Part shown: in pieces, positions 1 to 9,215 of the stretch | How the letters are laid out: every line of letters begins with the position of its first letter | Position numbering within the stretch: the stretch's first letter is position 1 | IMG/VR virus record: IMGVR_UViG_2636415851_000001 | Location: 8,418 to 72,417 of that record | DNA length: 64,000 nt | Strand: one strand, 5' to 3' | Source: a virus | Lineage: Duplodnaviria > Caudoviricetes | The notes under the pieces: generated by a model | Seen by the model: only the letters and a program-made list of their open reading frames with translations | Told to the model about the DNA's origin: nothing | Databases searched by the model: none | Program-made: the position numbers and the translations under genes

Positions 1-347
1 ATCATCGTGCAGATCCACGCATGCACGCCGCCGGCGAAGAAGGTCCGCTCGAAGGCGGCATTGTGGGCGCAGAACAGGTCACCCGGTTCCATGTGCGCCA
101 TCAAAAGCCGGTAGGCCTCGTCCGGTGGCAGCCCGTCCTTCACCATGTCGTCGCTGATGTGGTGGACGGCGCGCGCCTGTGGCGGGATCGGAATGCCGGA
201 ATTGACCAGGTACGATTCGGTGGGACTCACCTCTCCGGTGATGCCGTCGACATCGGTAAAGCCGATCTCCACGATACCAACCGTCTTGCCCTTGGCTTTC
301 TCGTCGGCCTGGTCGGTGGTTTCGAAATCGAGGACGCGGATCTTCAT
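1..347 (-). CDS. DEDD-family 3'-5' exonuclease (ExoX/DnaQ-like), runs off the left edge of the window
   Basis: Own translation of the - strand from ATG at 347: MKIRVLDFETT...IVEIGF...AVHHISDDMV...FCAHNAAFERTFF...WICTM. DxETT (ExoI) and AHNAxFE (ExoII-like) motifs. ATGA overlap with the upstream stop. Absent from the ORF track because it is truncated. Confidence 0.85.
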   Translation of the reverse strand, partial: MKIRVLDFETTDQADEKAKGKTVGIVEIGFTDVDGITGEVSPTESYLVNSGIPIPPQARAVHHISDDMVKDGLPPDEAYRLLMAHMEPGDLFCAHNAAFERTFFAGGVHAWICTM

Positions 348-652
348 GCCGCTACCTTCGGGGCTGCTGCGACCGGCTGAGGGTTTGTGTAGCAGCACAA
401 GGCGTCTCGCGAGGCGTTGACCTCATCCATCGAGAACCGAAGAAAACCCTTGAGCAGGAGCTCGGCCGGGATGTTGCGCGCTGCGATCGCTTCGATCGCG
501 GCCTTCACCTCTGGGTCAGGATGATCGACGCTGAGAGAGAGCCTGTGGACCCCGCCCTCCTTGATGAAACGCTGCACGAGCTCGTGCTTGCGCTCTGCCG
601 ACTGGAGCTCCGCCAACAGCGACATGGCTCCTTCTGAAAATGCACTGGTCAT
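344..652 (-). CDS. hypothetical protein
   Basis: 102 aa ORF in operon order with GAGGA SD; alternative start at 625. Confidence 0.65.
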   Translation of the reverse strand: MTSAFSEGAMSLLAELQSAERKHELVQRFIKEGGVHRLSLSVDHPDPEVKAAIEAIAARNIPAELLLKGFLRFSMDEVNASRDALCCYTNPQPVAAAPKVAA

Positions 653-727
653 GTTCGTTCCTCGTTTGTACTTGTCGATAATGAGGGGTGCGGGCGCCCC
701 GGGGATGAGCGCCGCGCAGATTTTTTT

Positions 728-2002
728 TCAGGACGGGTATTTGCCGATGTTCAGCTTCTCGACCTCGAGGAGCGTCTTCACCTTGTGGACGAAGACCGCG
801 TGGTCGGCCGACCAGGGCTCGCCGGCGGCATCCTTCTTGATCGCCCAATCGGTGGCATCGACGCAGGCCCTCACCAGTGGGTGCAGGTACTCCGGCGTCT
901 GCTCCTTCCACGAAGGGGCGGCTGACTTCAGGACTCCGCGACGGGCGGGGGCGTCGAGCTCGGCATTGAGGGCGATGGCAAGGATCTTCTCGACTGCCTC
1001 GAGCGCCTTGGCCTCGTCTCCCTTGGCAATCATCAAGTCGGGAACCTCAGGAAGAGTGTCCGGCTTGGTTTCGGGCGGCTTCTCGTCCTGCTTCTTGTCT
1101 GCCTGCTTCGGCTCAGAGCTGCCCTGAGGCGAGCGTTCTGGCTGCCGGCGGTCCTTGCCACCGTCTCGACTGTCGTTCCGCTGCTGGCGGGGCTCCTGTA
1201 CTCGGTCCCCGTCGTTCTGGAGGTTCATCCCCATCTGCTGTCGATGCTCGAGGGCCGGTGTGGCGCTGGCGTCGATGACCTCGCCCGTGAAAGGATTGAC
1301 CCGCTCGGTCATCCTTGGCTGGGTGAAGTCGAAGAGCTCGTCCTGGCGCTCCAGGAGTGCGCGGATCTTGTCGTTGTTGACCGCGATGTACTTGGCGCCG
1401 CGACGGAGCACGGCTTTCCGGTACATCTCGTTGGTCCAGTCTCGCCATGCCGGGCTGTTGGGGGCCTTGGATGCCTTGCGCACCCGCTCGAAGTCCTCCA
1501 GCGACATCGTCTCGAGGTGCATGACGTTGCCAGCCTCGTCGCGGAATACCGCATAGCCACCCACGACCGGGCCGCGCTCCTCTGCGGAGGCGAATGGGTT
1601 GGACTTGTGCGACAGCGAGTTCGGATCGGCCTCGTCGAGCACAAACTCGTCGTTCTTGTAGACGAGCTTGCAGTCGATCCTGAAAACACCGCCGAGCTCC
1701 TTCACCCGCTTGATGATGCCGAGCACCATCGGCTGGTACTGCAGCTCCCCCTTGTAGGGGATCATGGCGGCTTCCTTGTTGTCGGGGACAAGGCCGTCGG
1801 CCGCGCACTTGCGGATCTCGCGCCGGATGGAGTCCTCTGAGCACAAGAGGATGTCCGGGTTCTGCTGCACCGCCGTCATGAAGACGGTCCGCAGGCGGTC
1901 GAAGCTCTGGCCGGCTTCCTGCAGAAGGGGCGCGAGATCCGCACGAAGCCCCTCCAGCAGAGGGGCGGGGTTCACGGGGCTAACGGTGATTTGGTTGCTC
2001 AT
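728..2002 (-). CDS. recT: RecT-family single-strand annealing protein
   Basis: DGLVPDNKEAAMIPYKGELQYQPMVLG, VYKNDEF, VVGGYAV and SPAWRDWTNEMYRKAVLRR are typical RecT motifs; adjacent to a RecE-like nuclease. Confidence 0.9.
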   Translation of the reverse strand: MSNQITVSPVNPAPLLEGLRADLAPLLQEAGQSFDRLRTVFMTAVQQNPDILLCSEDSIRREIRKCAADGLVPDNKEAAMIPYKGELQYQPMVLGIIKRVKELGGVFRIDCKLVYKNDEFVLDEADPNSLSHKSNPFASAEERGPVVGGYAVFRDEAGNVMHLETMSLEDFERVRKASKAPNSPAWRDWTNEMYRKAVLRRGAKYIAVNNDKIRALLERQDELFDFTQPRMTERVNPFTGEVIDASATPALEHRQQMGMNLQNDGDRVQEPRQQRNDSRDGGKDRRQPERSPQGSSEPKQADKKQDEKPPETKPDTLPEVPDLMIAKGDEAKALEAVEKILAIALNAELDAPARRGVLKSAAPSWKEQTPEYLHPLVRACVDATDWAIKKDAAGEPWSADHAVFVHKVKTLLEVEKLNIGKYPS

Positions 2003-3113
2003 ACTGGATCCCTCGGTTGTAGGTGGGCATGACTGTGTGGTTGAGCCGCAGCGGCATTTTTGGCGGCGGCGTCCAGAGCTGGTCCGGGCCGAAGAGGGCC
2101 ATGTACGTGCGGTAGGTTTCGAGGGCGTCCGCCACTACGCGCTTGGCGTGGTCGAACATCTTGTCCTCGGTGTCGATCGACAGCGTGATCGGGATCATGG
2201 CGTTGTCCCGGCGCATCATGACCCACACCCAATCCACACCCTCCGAATGGAAGAAGTTCTTGAGGTAGTCCCCGGGAGGGGGGTCGCCGAAGACCATGCC
2301 CTGCTCCAGGAGCGAGCGGGCGGCGAAGTAGCCGTCCATGTAGGTGCCAACCTGCAGGTCGTAGGCCATGTCATAGACCTTGCGGATGGCTGCTTCCTCG
2401 TCGCTGCCGCCCTTGAAGGTGGTGAAGGACTTGAGGTCGACGATCAGCGACTTCACCCTGTTGCCCATGGGGGCGAGCGAGTAGTCGAAGCGGGCCTTGC
2501 GGCGGATGCCGTTCTCGTCCACCCAAATGATGGACATCTCGGCCGCGCCGTTGATCAGAGAGCCGGCCACCATGACGGAAGTAAGCACCGGATCCCGCTG
2601 CATGTTCGCAACGGCGTCCTCTATCTCCTGCACCTGGCGCTCGGTGAGCTCGACGTAGTCCGGGTGCTCGTAATGCCAGCGCGCAAGGATCTCGTCGAAG
2701 AAGGGCGGGCAGTCATCGACCTCCTTGGCGCGCGCCATCAGGTCCGGCTTGTTGCCCGTGACCTTCTGGCCGTGCATGCGAAGGAACTCCTTGATGTCGT
2801 CGACCGTGTTGAGCGCGTCCGGATAATCCTTCGGGCTCGGCGGCTTGGCGTAGCGCTCCTCGAATGCCGCCTTGCCCTCGAGCACGCGGCAGTGCCAGGC
2901 ATGGCCCCATTTCAGGTGCTCGGGCTCCACCTCCTTGACCGGACGCAGCCGGTCGTACTGCCACTTGCATGGCTTGCTCGCGAGATCCTTGATGGAGGTG
3001 GACCCAAGCGCCGTGTCGGCGTGGTAGATGTGCTCGGGTAGATCGAAGTAGATCCCGGGCGGGAGGGTGTAGGTGCCGTCTTCGTTGGCCTTGAAGTCGA
3101 GATAAGTCTTCAC
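1980..3113 (-). CDS. RecE/exonuclease VIII-like PD-(D/E)XK nuclease
   Basis: GIYFDLPEHIYHADTALGSTSIK N-terminus; AEMSI..KARFD..IVDLKS catalytic motif; Y..YDLQ...Y; GTG start. Confidence 0.85.
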   Translation of the reverse strand: MKTYLDFKANEDGTYTLPPGIYFDLPEHIYHADTALGSTSIKDLASKPCKWQYDRLRPVKEVEPEHLKWGHAWHCRVLEGKAAFEERYAKPPSPKDYPDALNTVDDIKEFLRMHGQKVTGNKPDLMARAKEVDDCPPFFDEILARWHYEHPDYVELTERQVQEIEDAVANMQRDPVLTSVMVAGSLINGAAEMSIIWVDENGIRRKARFDYSLAPMGNRVKSLIVDLKSFTTFKGGSDEEAAIRKVYDMAYDLQVGTYMDGYFAARSLLEQGMVFGDPPPGDYLKNFFHSEGVDWVWVMMRRDNAMIPITLSIDTEDKMFDHAKRVVADALETYRTYMALFGPDQLWTPPPKMPLRLNHTVMPTYNRGIQYEQPNHR

Positions 3114-4390
3114 TCCGCCGCCTCCTTGAACGAGGCAACCATGCCGTCCTCAATGACGACGGCGCTCTCGCGGCCGGAGGAGACCGTCTCCACCCACACC
3201 TGAAGGTCACGCTCGTCGGCATATTCCTTCAGCGCGGCCATGGAGTCGGCATCGAGAAGCGAACCGTCGCGAACGCGAATGACGCGCAGCTTCGGGTTCA
3301 TAGCGCCGGCGACAGCGATCGACACGCGCAGCTGCTCTGCATCGCTCGCCTGATTGAAGGGCTGGCCGTTGAGAAGGACGGCGTCCTCGGTGAGCTCGAG
3401 GCCAGGGACGGGGAGATCCGCATCGCGAACGGCCTTGGCAGCTTCCGCCTTGCGCTTCTCCATCGCCTTGGTGAGCGCGTCGCTCTTCTCCTCGGCGGCC
3501 TTCAGCTCGGCCTGCAGGGCTTCCTTCTGCTGTCGGCGATCGACGCGGCGGTTGATCTCCTCGGACTCGGTGATGCGCAGGCGGATAGGCTCGAGATCGA
3601 TCTTCTCGCCGGTCACGACCGCGCCGTCCACCTCGTCGCGGAGCTCTTCGATGTCCTGCTCGAGGGAAACGATTTCACGCTCCAGGGTCTTGATCGTCTC
3701 CCGCTTCGACGAGACGGCCTCCTCGAGTCGCGCGATGCGCTCTTCGAGATTGACGCGGTTACGCGCTGCCGTGTCGATCTTGGCGTTGTGGTCCATCGCC
3801 TGCTGGAGCTCGGCCATCAGCTCGTCAGCGCGGATCCGCTCGGCCGGGGTATCGTCAGGCACGACGATGCTCTCGATACGTGGCTTCAGATCCCGGATGG
3901 TGCGGTTGACGTCGGTGCGCGCATCGAAGTCCGTCTGGTTGGCCTTGTCCGCCGCTGCGAAGTCGTAGCCGGGGACCAGAGCGCGCAGGGCAACGACCTG
4001 TTCGCGTGGCTTCATGCGGGAAAAGGCGAGGGGGTCGAAGGTGAGATCGCCGATGAAGCTGTTCAGCAGCTCCTGCGGGCTACCGAACTTGGCGCCGTCC
4101 TTGTTCTGCACCGTCAGCGTGATGGTGTGGTCGCCGTCATCCTTCACCTTGAATTTCTTGGTGACGATGTACTCGCCGAGATCCAGCTTGATGTAGCCGC
4201 TCTCTGCGCCTTCGCGCACCGGCTTCTTCTGGACCACCTTGTTGATGTCCAGCGCCCACCAGATGGCGTCGAGGATGGAGGTCTTGCCCTGGCCGTTCTT
4301 GCCGGTGATCTCCACCAGGTTGCCGTCGGGGGTAATGTCGACGGCGACCAGCCGCTTAATGTTCTCAGCCGTCAGCTGAACGATTTTCAT
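3110..4390 (-). CDS. SMC/SbcC-like coiled-coil ATPase
   Basis: Likely start MKIVQLTAENIKRL at 4390; Walker A GKNGQGKTS, long coiled coil, C-terminal ASDAEQ / IRVRDGSLLD degenerate signature and Walker B. Confidence 0.85.
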   Translation of the reverse strand: MKIVQLTAENIKRLVAVDITPDGNLVEITGKNGQGKTSILDAIWWALDINKVVQKKPVREGAESGYIKLDLGEYIVTKKFKVKDDGDHTITLTVQNKDGAKFGSPQELLNSFIGDLTFDPLAFSRMKPREQVVALRALVPGYDFAAADKANQTDFDARTDVNRTIRDLKPRIESIVVPDDTPAERIRADELMAELQQAMDHNAKIDTAARNRVNLEERIARLEEAVSSKRETIKTLEREIVSLEQDIEELRDEVDGAVVTGEKIDLEPIRLRITESEEINRRVDRRQQKEALQAELKAAEEKSDALTKAMEKRKAEAAKAVRDADLPVPGLELTEDAVLLNGQPFNQASDAEQLRVSIAVAGAMNPKLRVIRVRDGSLLDADSMAALKEYADERDLQVWVETVSSGRESAVVIEDGMVASFKEAAE

Positions 4391-4614
4391 TGTGTTGCCT
4401 CGTAAGCTCGGATTGCTGCTCTGCCTTCCGCGATGAACTGCTCGCGGGTCTTCTCCGGCAGGCGCCGCCAACGACGGACGCATGCCTCCTCCGGTGTTTC
4501 CGGGATGGGTTTGCCGCTCACGTCGTTGCCCTTGGGCATCAGGTTCCCGAAGCTGTGGCGGATGAATTGCTTGTAGATCGCGAAGCCGGCGGCCTCTTCC
4601 TGCTCCGGGGTCAC
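4387..4614 (-). CDS. hypothetical protein
   Basis: 75 aa ORF overlapping both neighbours by 4 nt. Confidence 0.65.
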   Translation of the reverse strand: MTPEQEEAAGFAIYKQFIRHSFGNLMPKGNDVSGKPIPETPEEACVRRWRRLPEKTREQFIAEGRAAIRAYEATQ

Positions 4615-4781
4615 AGCTGTGCCCCAAGCGCTCTCGCCAGCGTCTGCTGGCCAGCCTGGTGGATCAGGTTGGCCTGTCTTTCGGTCAGTGATTCGCCGCG
4701 GTGCCAGCTACGGATCGCATCGGCCGTCTCTTCCGTGAGGACGACGATCTTGCTCCGGTCGATCTGCTCTTGAGTTTTCAT
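4611..4781 (-). CDS. hypothetical protein, first gene of the leftward recombination operon
   Basis: MKTQEQIDRSK... with GAGGG SD, just downstream of the predicted promoter. Confidence 0.55.
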   Translation of the reverse strand: MKTQEQIDRSKIVVLTEETADAIRSWHRGESLTERQANLIHQAGQQTLARALGAQL

Positions 4782-4802
4782 GATGCCCTCGAAAGTGCGA
4801 AA

Positions 4803-4879
4803 ATTCACGCCGTATTGAAGTAAATGATACGGAATGAATAGATCGTGTCAATACGGGCATGAAAAAATACATGACGCAT
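4803..4879 (-). promoter_or_regulatory. leftward sigma70-type promoter overlapped by repressor operators
   Basis: - strand TTGACA (4851-4846)-N16-TATCAT (4829-4824). Operator-like ATACG-N3-YGWAT copies at 4803-4815 and 4827-4839, imperfect copies at 4851-4863 and 4867-4879. Confidence 0.65.
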
Positions 4880-5461
4880 TGACAGAGGGCGGGTGCGGGG
4901 AGCAGAAATGAAGAAGCCCCGCACCTCTTGGAAGGAGGTCGGGGCTTAGACTGGATGAATGGTTTCGCGGCCTGATCCAGTGCGTGGGAACATACTACAT
5001 CCACGTACTTTTTCAAGCGAAGCGTATCAATTCGATCAGTCTGCAGCATGGATATGACGCGGACCGGTTCGCCCATGCTGTAGGTTCAGAGCAAGAACGG
5101 GATTCGATCTGGCTCAAAGGGTCTCTGGCGGCGAAAGCTGGCAGCCTGCCCTGATCGACGGGGACGTCCCCGAAAAAGAGGCTGATGTGGTGAGGCGGAC
5201 GTGGACGCCGTCACCTGTGGGATAAGCGGTGGTCGGCTCGGTCGGGCAAGATACCCCTTCCACTCCAGGAAGCTCGCCTTTCGTCAAGGCGGGGTTCTTG
5301 GTTTGTGGGCATCACGATGATCTCTCCATCAAGCAAAACAGAAAAATCTTGGGGCTGAAGAGGTAGAGGGAGGAGAGGCAATGATGCTGAAATCCTTGCT
5401 CATACCCCTCATGGTTGAGGTAGACAGGGGCCCGGAAAAAAATCGCGCGCCCCTGCCAAGA

Positions 5462-6160
5462 TCAGACAAGCATTGAGACTTTTGCTTTTATCCGCCCGAC
5501 GATACCGGCCTCGTGGGTCTCGCACTCGTGAGTTGCGTACCGCGGATTGCGGCTGCTGAGGCGGAGCTTCGGCGGCTTGGAGTGCGGGATTGTTTCGACG
5601 ATGCGGATAACGACCCCGATGCCATCATGGACAGCAAAGACACCAGGCGGTGTCGGGAGTACGTCGTCCAGGTCGACGATCGCCCGGTCGCCCGGGTACA
5701 TGGACCCAGGCGCCGTAGGATTGTTCGGGTCGTACATCGAATCCCCGAGTACTTCTAGGACGCGGGCACGCTGCTCCCCTATCCTCAGTCTGTCCTTGAT
5801 GAAAACGTCCGGCATCTCCCAAAACTCCTCCAACTCAAACACATCCAATGAAGCCAGAAAGGCCTTCTTCCCGGCGGAGGACACGGTAGGTTCTTCTTTG
5901 TGGAGATTTACTGAAGAGGGAGAGCGCTCTGCTTCCCCATTTTGAGACGAATCAGCCTCTCCGTAGAGAAGCCACGAAGGTGATACTCCGAACGCATTGG
6001 CATAATCTCTCGCCCTGTCGGCATCGAATGCCCGGCCGCCATTTTCATGCGCTGTGTATGAAACAGGGTTAAACCCAAGCATCCGTGCGGCCACGGAAGC
6101 TGACTTATACCCTGCATTCTTGCGGGCTTCGCGCAGCCGCTTTCCAGGTTCCGACTTCAT
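5462..6160 (-). CDS. CI-like phage repressor (XRE HTH + S24 peptidase)
   Basis: N-terminal RLREARKNAG...YTAHENG...FGVSPSWLLYG HTH; C-terminal VLGDSM...PGDRAIVD...LSSRNPRY...IVGRI S24-like domain; divergent from a cro-like gene. Confidence 0.9.
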   Translation of the reverse strand: MKSEPGKRLREARKNAGYKSASVAARMLGFNPVSYTAHENGGRAFDADRARDYANAFGVSPSWLLYGEADSSQNGEAERSPSSVNLHKEEPTVSSAGKKAFLASLDVFELEEFWEMPDVFIKDRLRIGEQRARVLEVLGDSMYDPNNPTAPGSMYPGDRAIVDLDDVLPTPPGVFAVHDGIGVVIRIVETIPHSKPPKLRLSSRNPRYATHECETHEAGIVGRIKAKVSMLV

Positions 6161-6184
6161 ATCGTACTACTCCTCACAAAATCG

Positions 6185-6247
6185 ATACGTTGCGTATTGA
6201 CATCGATTGCCTTCGCTCCGTATAAATTACATCAAAACGGAGCGAAT
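6185..6247 (+). promoter_or_regulatory. cI/cro intergenic operators and rightward promoter
   Basis: ATACG-TTG-CGTAT (6185-6197), CTTCG-CTC-CGTAT (6211-6223), AAACG-GAG-CGAAT (6235-6247); TTGACA 6197-6202 and TATAAA 6221-6226. Confidence 0.75.
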
Positions 6248-6251
6248 TTAA

Positions 6252-6524
6252 ATGACGTGCAGTGAACCAGTCAATGATGGATTTCAGGTTAAGCTCACCG
6301 GCGATCAGGTGAAATTCATCCGGAACGTGTTGGGTGAGAGCCAGGCGAAGTTCGCCAAGCGGTTTGCGATCTCTTCCGCCACCATGTGGCGTATCGAGGA
6401 CAAGGGTCCGGAGGAGTGCACTGGTCCGGAGATCATCCTTATCGACCAGCTGGCGAAGCGTTACTCAATGCCCGTCCCTGATGTCCTGATGAGGCGCCCC
6501 GACCCTGCAGAAGCCGCTGAATAA
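6252..6524 (+). CDS. Cro-like HTH regulator
   Basis: IRNVLGESQAKFAKRFAISSATMWRIE HTH; divergent from cI. Confidence 0.8.
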   Translation: MTCSEPVNDGFQVKLTGDQVKFIRNVLGESQAKFAKRFAISSATMWRIEDKGPEECTGPEIILIDQLAKRYSMPVPDVLMRRPDPAEAAE

Positions 6525-6538
6525 GGCGGTGGCAGGGG

Positions 6539-6877
6539 ATGGTTAGGGGGAAGCCATTCGAGTGGGACAGGGAGAGCGACAAGGCTCTCCTGGCGATGGT
6601 GAAATCGGGCATGTCGCACCGCTCGATCGCCAAGGAGATGGGCATCAACCATCCCCAGGTATCGCGGCGACTGGCCAAGCTGCGGGAGCAGGAGGCGGAG
6701 AAGTCCGCCACTAACCAGCTCGTCATCGGCAAACATCTCCCATCCTACAAGGCGGCGCGTCGGGGCTTCCACGTCCCGGCTCATCTGGAGCCGCAATACT
6801 TCGAACTCCTGAAGAGCGGAGTCCCGATCGCCGAGGCGTGCCGGCGGCTGGGCATCAACAAGCACGATCCAGTCTGA
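6539..6877 (+). CDS. HTH DNA-binding protein with GcrA-like N-terminus
   Basis: W...D..L..MVKSGMSHRSIAKEMGINHPQVSRR resembles the GcrA-type HTH; a second short HTH-like segment at the C-terminus. Confidence 0.6.
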   Translation: MVRGKPFEWDRESDKALLAMVKSGMSHRSIAKEMGINHPQVSRRLAKLREQEAEKSATNQLVIGKHLPSYKAARRGFHVPAHLEPQYFELLKSGVPIAEACRRLGINKHDPV

Positions 6878-6887
6878 AGAGGTTGAG

Positions 6888-7364
6888 ATGATGAGCAGGG
6901 ACCATAACGAGAAGACGGAGCAGGAGCTCTACGAGGACCAGCAGTTCATGAAGGGGTTCGCAGACCTCAAGAAACTGCAGTCGACCATGGCCGGGACCAA
7001 GGGCGACATGGGTGCAATCTACAAGCGGCTGAAGGATCTCGGCTTCTCCAAGAAGGATGTCGAGTTTGCCTTCACGCTCGAGGACAAGGACGTCGGCCAG
7101 GTGATCGCCGACTTCGAGAACAAGATCCGCATCGCAAAACTGTTCGGCCACCAGCTCGGCCGCCAGATGAGCCTGCTCGACCAGGACCGCACGCCGCAGG
7201 AAGACCGCGCCTACGAAGAAGGCAAGGCCGCCGGCATGCTGCGCAAGAGCGGGAGCAACCCGTACCAGCCCGGCAGCCCCGAGTTCCAGTCGTGGCAGAA
7301 GGGCATGAACGACGGCCACGCCTTCATCAACAAAGACCTCGCCGCCGCAGTCAGCCCGAACTGA
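6888..7364 (+). CDS. hypothetical protein: GapR/DUF2312-like N-terminus plus RMF-like C-terminus
   Basis: GDMGAIYKRLKDLGFSKK resembles the GapR core; AYEEGKAAG..NPY....FQSWQKGMNDG resembles ribosome modulation factor. Confidence 0.5.
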   Translation: MMSRDHNEKTEQELYEDQQFMKGFADLKKLQSTMAGTKGDMGAIYKRLKDLGFSKKDVEFAFTLEDKDVGQVIADFENKIRIAKLFGHQLGRQMSLLDQDRTPQEDRAYEEGKAAGMLRKSGSNPYQPGSPEFQSWQKGMNDGHAFINKDLAAAVSPN

Positions 7365-7417
7365 CCCGGCCAACAGGCAGTCACCCCGGCGAGAATGCCA
7401 CCACAAGGAGAAGTGTA

Positions 7418-7666
7418 ATGCACGACAGTATCGGCAAAACCTACAGGGACAAGATCACTGGATTTCAGGGCGTGGCGACAGGCCACGTCGATTACATCAC
7501 CGGCTGCAACCAGACACTGCTGCAGCCGAAGAGCGCTGATCCTGCCAAGCGCGCAGAGGCGGAGTGGTTCGACGACCAGCGCCTTGAGGAAGTCCCGAAC
7601 GTCAACCGGATCATCCTCAATAACGGGCAGACCCCGGGTTTTGATCGAGAGGCGCCGAAGCGCTGA
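7418..7666 (+). CDS. hypothetical phage protein
   Basis: MHDSIGKTYRDKITGFQGVATG...WFDDQRL after an AAGGAGA SD. Confidence 0.75.
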   Translation: MHDSIGKTYRDKITGFQGVATGHVDYITGCNQTLLQPKSADPAKRAEAEWFDDQRLEEVPNVNRIILNNGQTPGFDREAPKR

Positions 7667-7678
7667 TGGCCATGTGTC

Positions 7679-8062
7679 ATGAGGCACGGGCGGGCCACCC
7701 AATACCAGCAGCGGAAGCTGGAAGCCGCCTTCGCGAAAGCTGATCGCGAGGCGGCGCTGAGGAAGCAGGACGGGCGGTGCAAATACTGCCTCGTCCGCCT
7801 CACCTACAAGAACGTCACCCGGGACCACGTCATAGCCCGAGCGACTGGTGGCCTCGACCACCGCAACAACATCGTCGCCGCCTGCGAGCGCTGCAACAAG
7901 GCCAAGGGGATGATGTCGGTCAAGCTGTTCATGCGTCTGATCACATTCCCACGGCCGGGCGAGGACATCCGCTACCGGATGATCTGGTTCGACCTCCGCA
8001 TCAACAGGGCGCTGATGGAAATGGAAAAGAACGTGTTCAAAGCCGTGGGGATTAAGAGTTGA
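7679..8062 (+). CDS. HNH endonuclease
   Basis: CKYC...TRDHVI...GG....NIVAACERCNKAKG. Confidence 0.9.
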   Translation: MRHGRATQYQQRKLEAAFAKADREAALRKQDGRCKYCLVRLTYKNVTRDHVIARATGGLDHRNNIVAACERCNKAKGMMSVKLFMRLITFPRPGEDIRYRMIWFDLRINRALMEMEKNVFKAVGIKS

Positions 8063-8631
8063 GCGCCTGGTTTTTCGACCCTCTGCTACCTCTGCACTAT
8101 GAGATGCTCGTGATCGACCCGCCGTGGGGGTTCGACCTTTACAGCGATGAGGGCATCGAAAAGTCGGCCCAAGCTCACTACGACCTGATGACCGATGAGC
8201 AGATCCTCGGCCTGCCGGTCGGGCAGCTCGCGTCAATGAACTGCCTCTTATACCTTTGGGCCACGGCCCCGAAGCTCCCCTTCGCTATCGACTGCGTCAA
8301 GGCATGGGGGTTTGAGTACAAGTCCTACATGGTCTGGCGGAAGACCACCGTTAGAGGGAAGGTCCGCGTCGGGACCGGGTACCGCGTGCGCTCGACGGGC
8401 GAAATGGTCGTCGTTGGGACACTCGGAAATCCCAAGCAGTCCTACGTGCCTCACACAGTTTTCGACGGGGTTGCTCGTCAGCACAGCCGCAAGCCTGACG
8501 AGTTCTATACGCTCTGTGACAGGGTAATGCCGCACGCGCGACGTGCAGACGTCTTCACCCGAGAGAGCCGCCCTGGCTGGCACGGCTTCGGCAATGAGGC
8601 GACCAAGTTCGACGCCGAGGTGGCAGCATGA
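8059..8631 (+). CDS. MT-A70 family adenine methyltransferase
   Basis: IDPPW catalytic motif, LYLWAT, AWGFEYK, HSRKP, GW..FGNE. Confidence 0.9.
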   Translation: MSAWFFDPLLPLHYEMLVIDPPWGFDLYSDEGIEKSAQAHYDLMTDEQILGLPVGQLASMNCLLYLWATAPKLPFAIDCVKAWGFEYKSYMVWRKTTVRGKVRVGTGYRVRSTGEMVVVGTLGNPKQSYVPHTVFDGVARQHSRKPDEFYTLCDRVMPHARRADVFTRESRPGWHGFGNEATKFDAEVAA

Positions 8632-9215
8632 GCACAGCGCCCGGCAGCTACTTCGTGTTCGACCCTGGCAGGACTATGGGTTTTGCCTATTGCCTCGCCG
8701 GCGGAGAGAAGATCCGGCACGGCACCTGGCGTTTCAACCAGAAATCTCCGGGCGCCGCCTATGCCGAGTTCATCACCTACCTGAAGCGTACCCTCACAGG
8801 ACTCCCTGATCCTCTGGTCGGGATCGAGCTGATGACCATCGTCGACCACGGCCAGAACGGCAAATCGGCGATCGACGCGCAGCAGGTGATGTTCTCGTCT
8901 GGCTGGCCCACCCATGCGCAAACGCTCTGCCACACTATGGGGCTGCGCGAGCCGGAGCTCATGGCGATCTCGACGTGGCGTTCAAAGACCCACGGCAAAA
9001 TGCGGGTGCCGGATAACATGAAGGCGCTGAAGCAGGCCGAGAAGAGCAAGTGGCTGAAGCTCCAGGCCAAGCTCTACTGCGATAAGAACGGCTGGTCCTA
9101 CAACACGGAGGACGAAGCCGAAGCGCTCTGCATGCTGGACGCGCTGCGCATCATCCACGAGCCCGACTATGCCTTCGATAAGGGCCGGTCGTTCCAGCAG
9201 GAGAGTTTTCTGTGA
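8628..9215 (+). CDS. RuvC-like (RNase H fold) resolvase/nuclease
   Basis: FVFDPGRTMGFA N-terminal motif, GIE, C-terminal EDEAEAL. Confidence 0.65.
   Translation: MSTAPGSYFVFDPGRTMGFAYCLAGGEKIRHGTWRFNQKSPGAAYAEFITYLKRTLTGLPDPLVGIELMTIVDHGQNGKSAIDAQQVMFSSGWPTHAQTLCHTMGLREPELMAISTWRSKTHGKMRVPDNMKALKQAEKSKWLKLQAKLYCDKNGWSYNTEDEAEALCMLDALRIIHEPDYAFDKGRSFQQESFL

Noticed and set aside
5216-5225. TGTGGGATAA resembling a DnaA box
   Set aside because: Single copy with an extra base; not enough to call an origin.
7679-8631. HNH + methylase as a restriction-modification pair
   Set aside because: The HNH is a short stand-alone phage type; both genes are common independently in replication operons.
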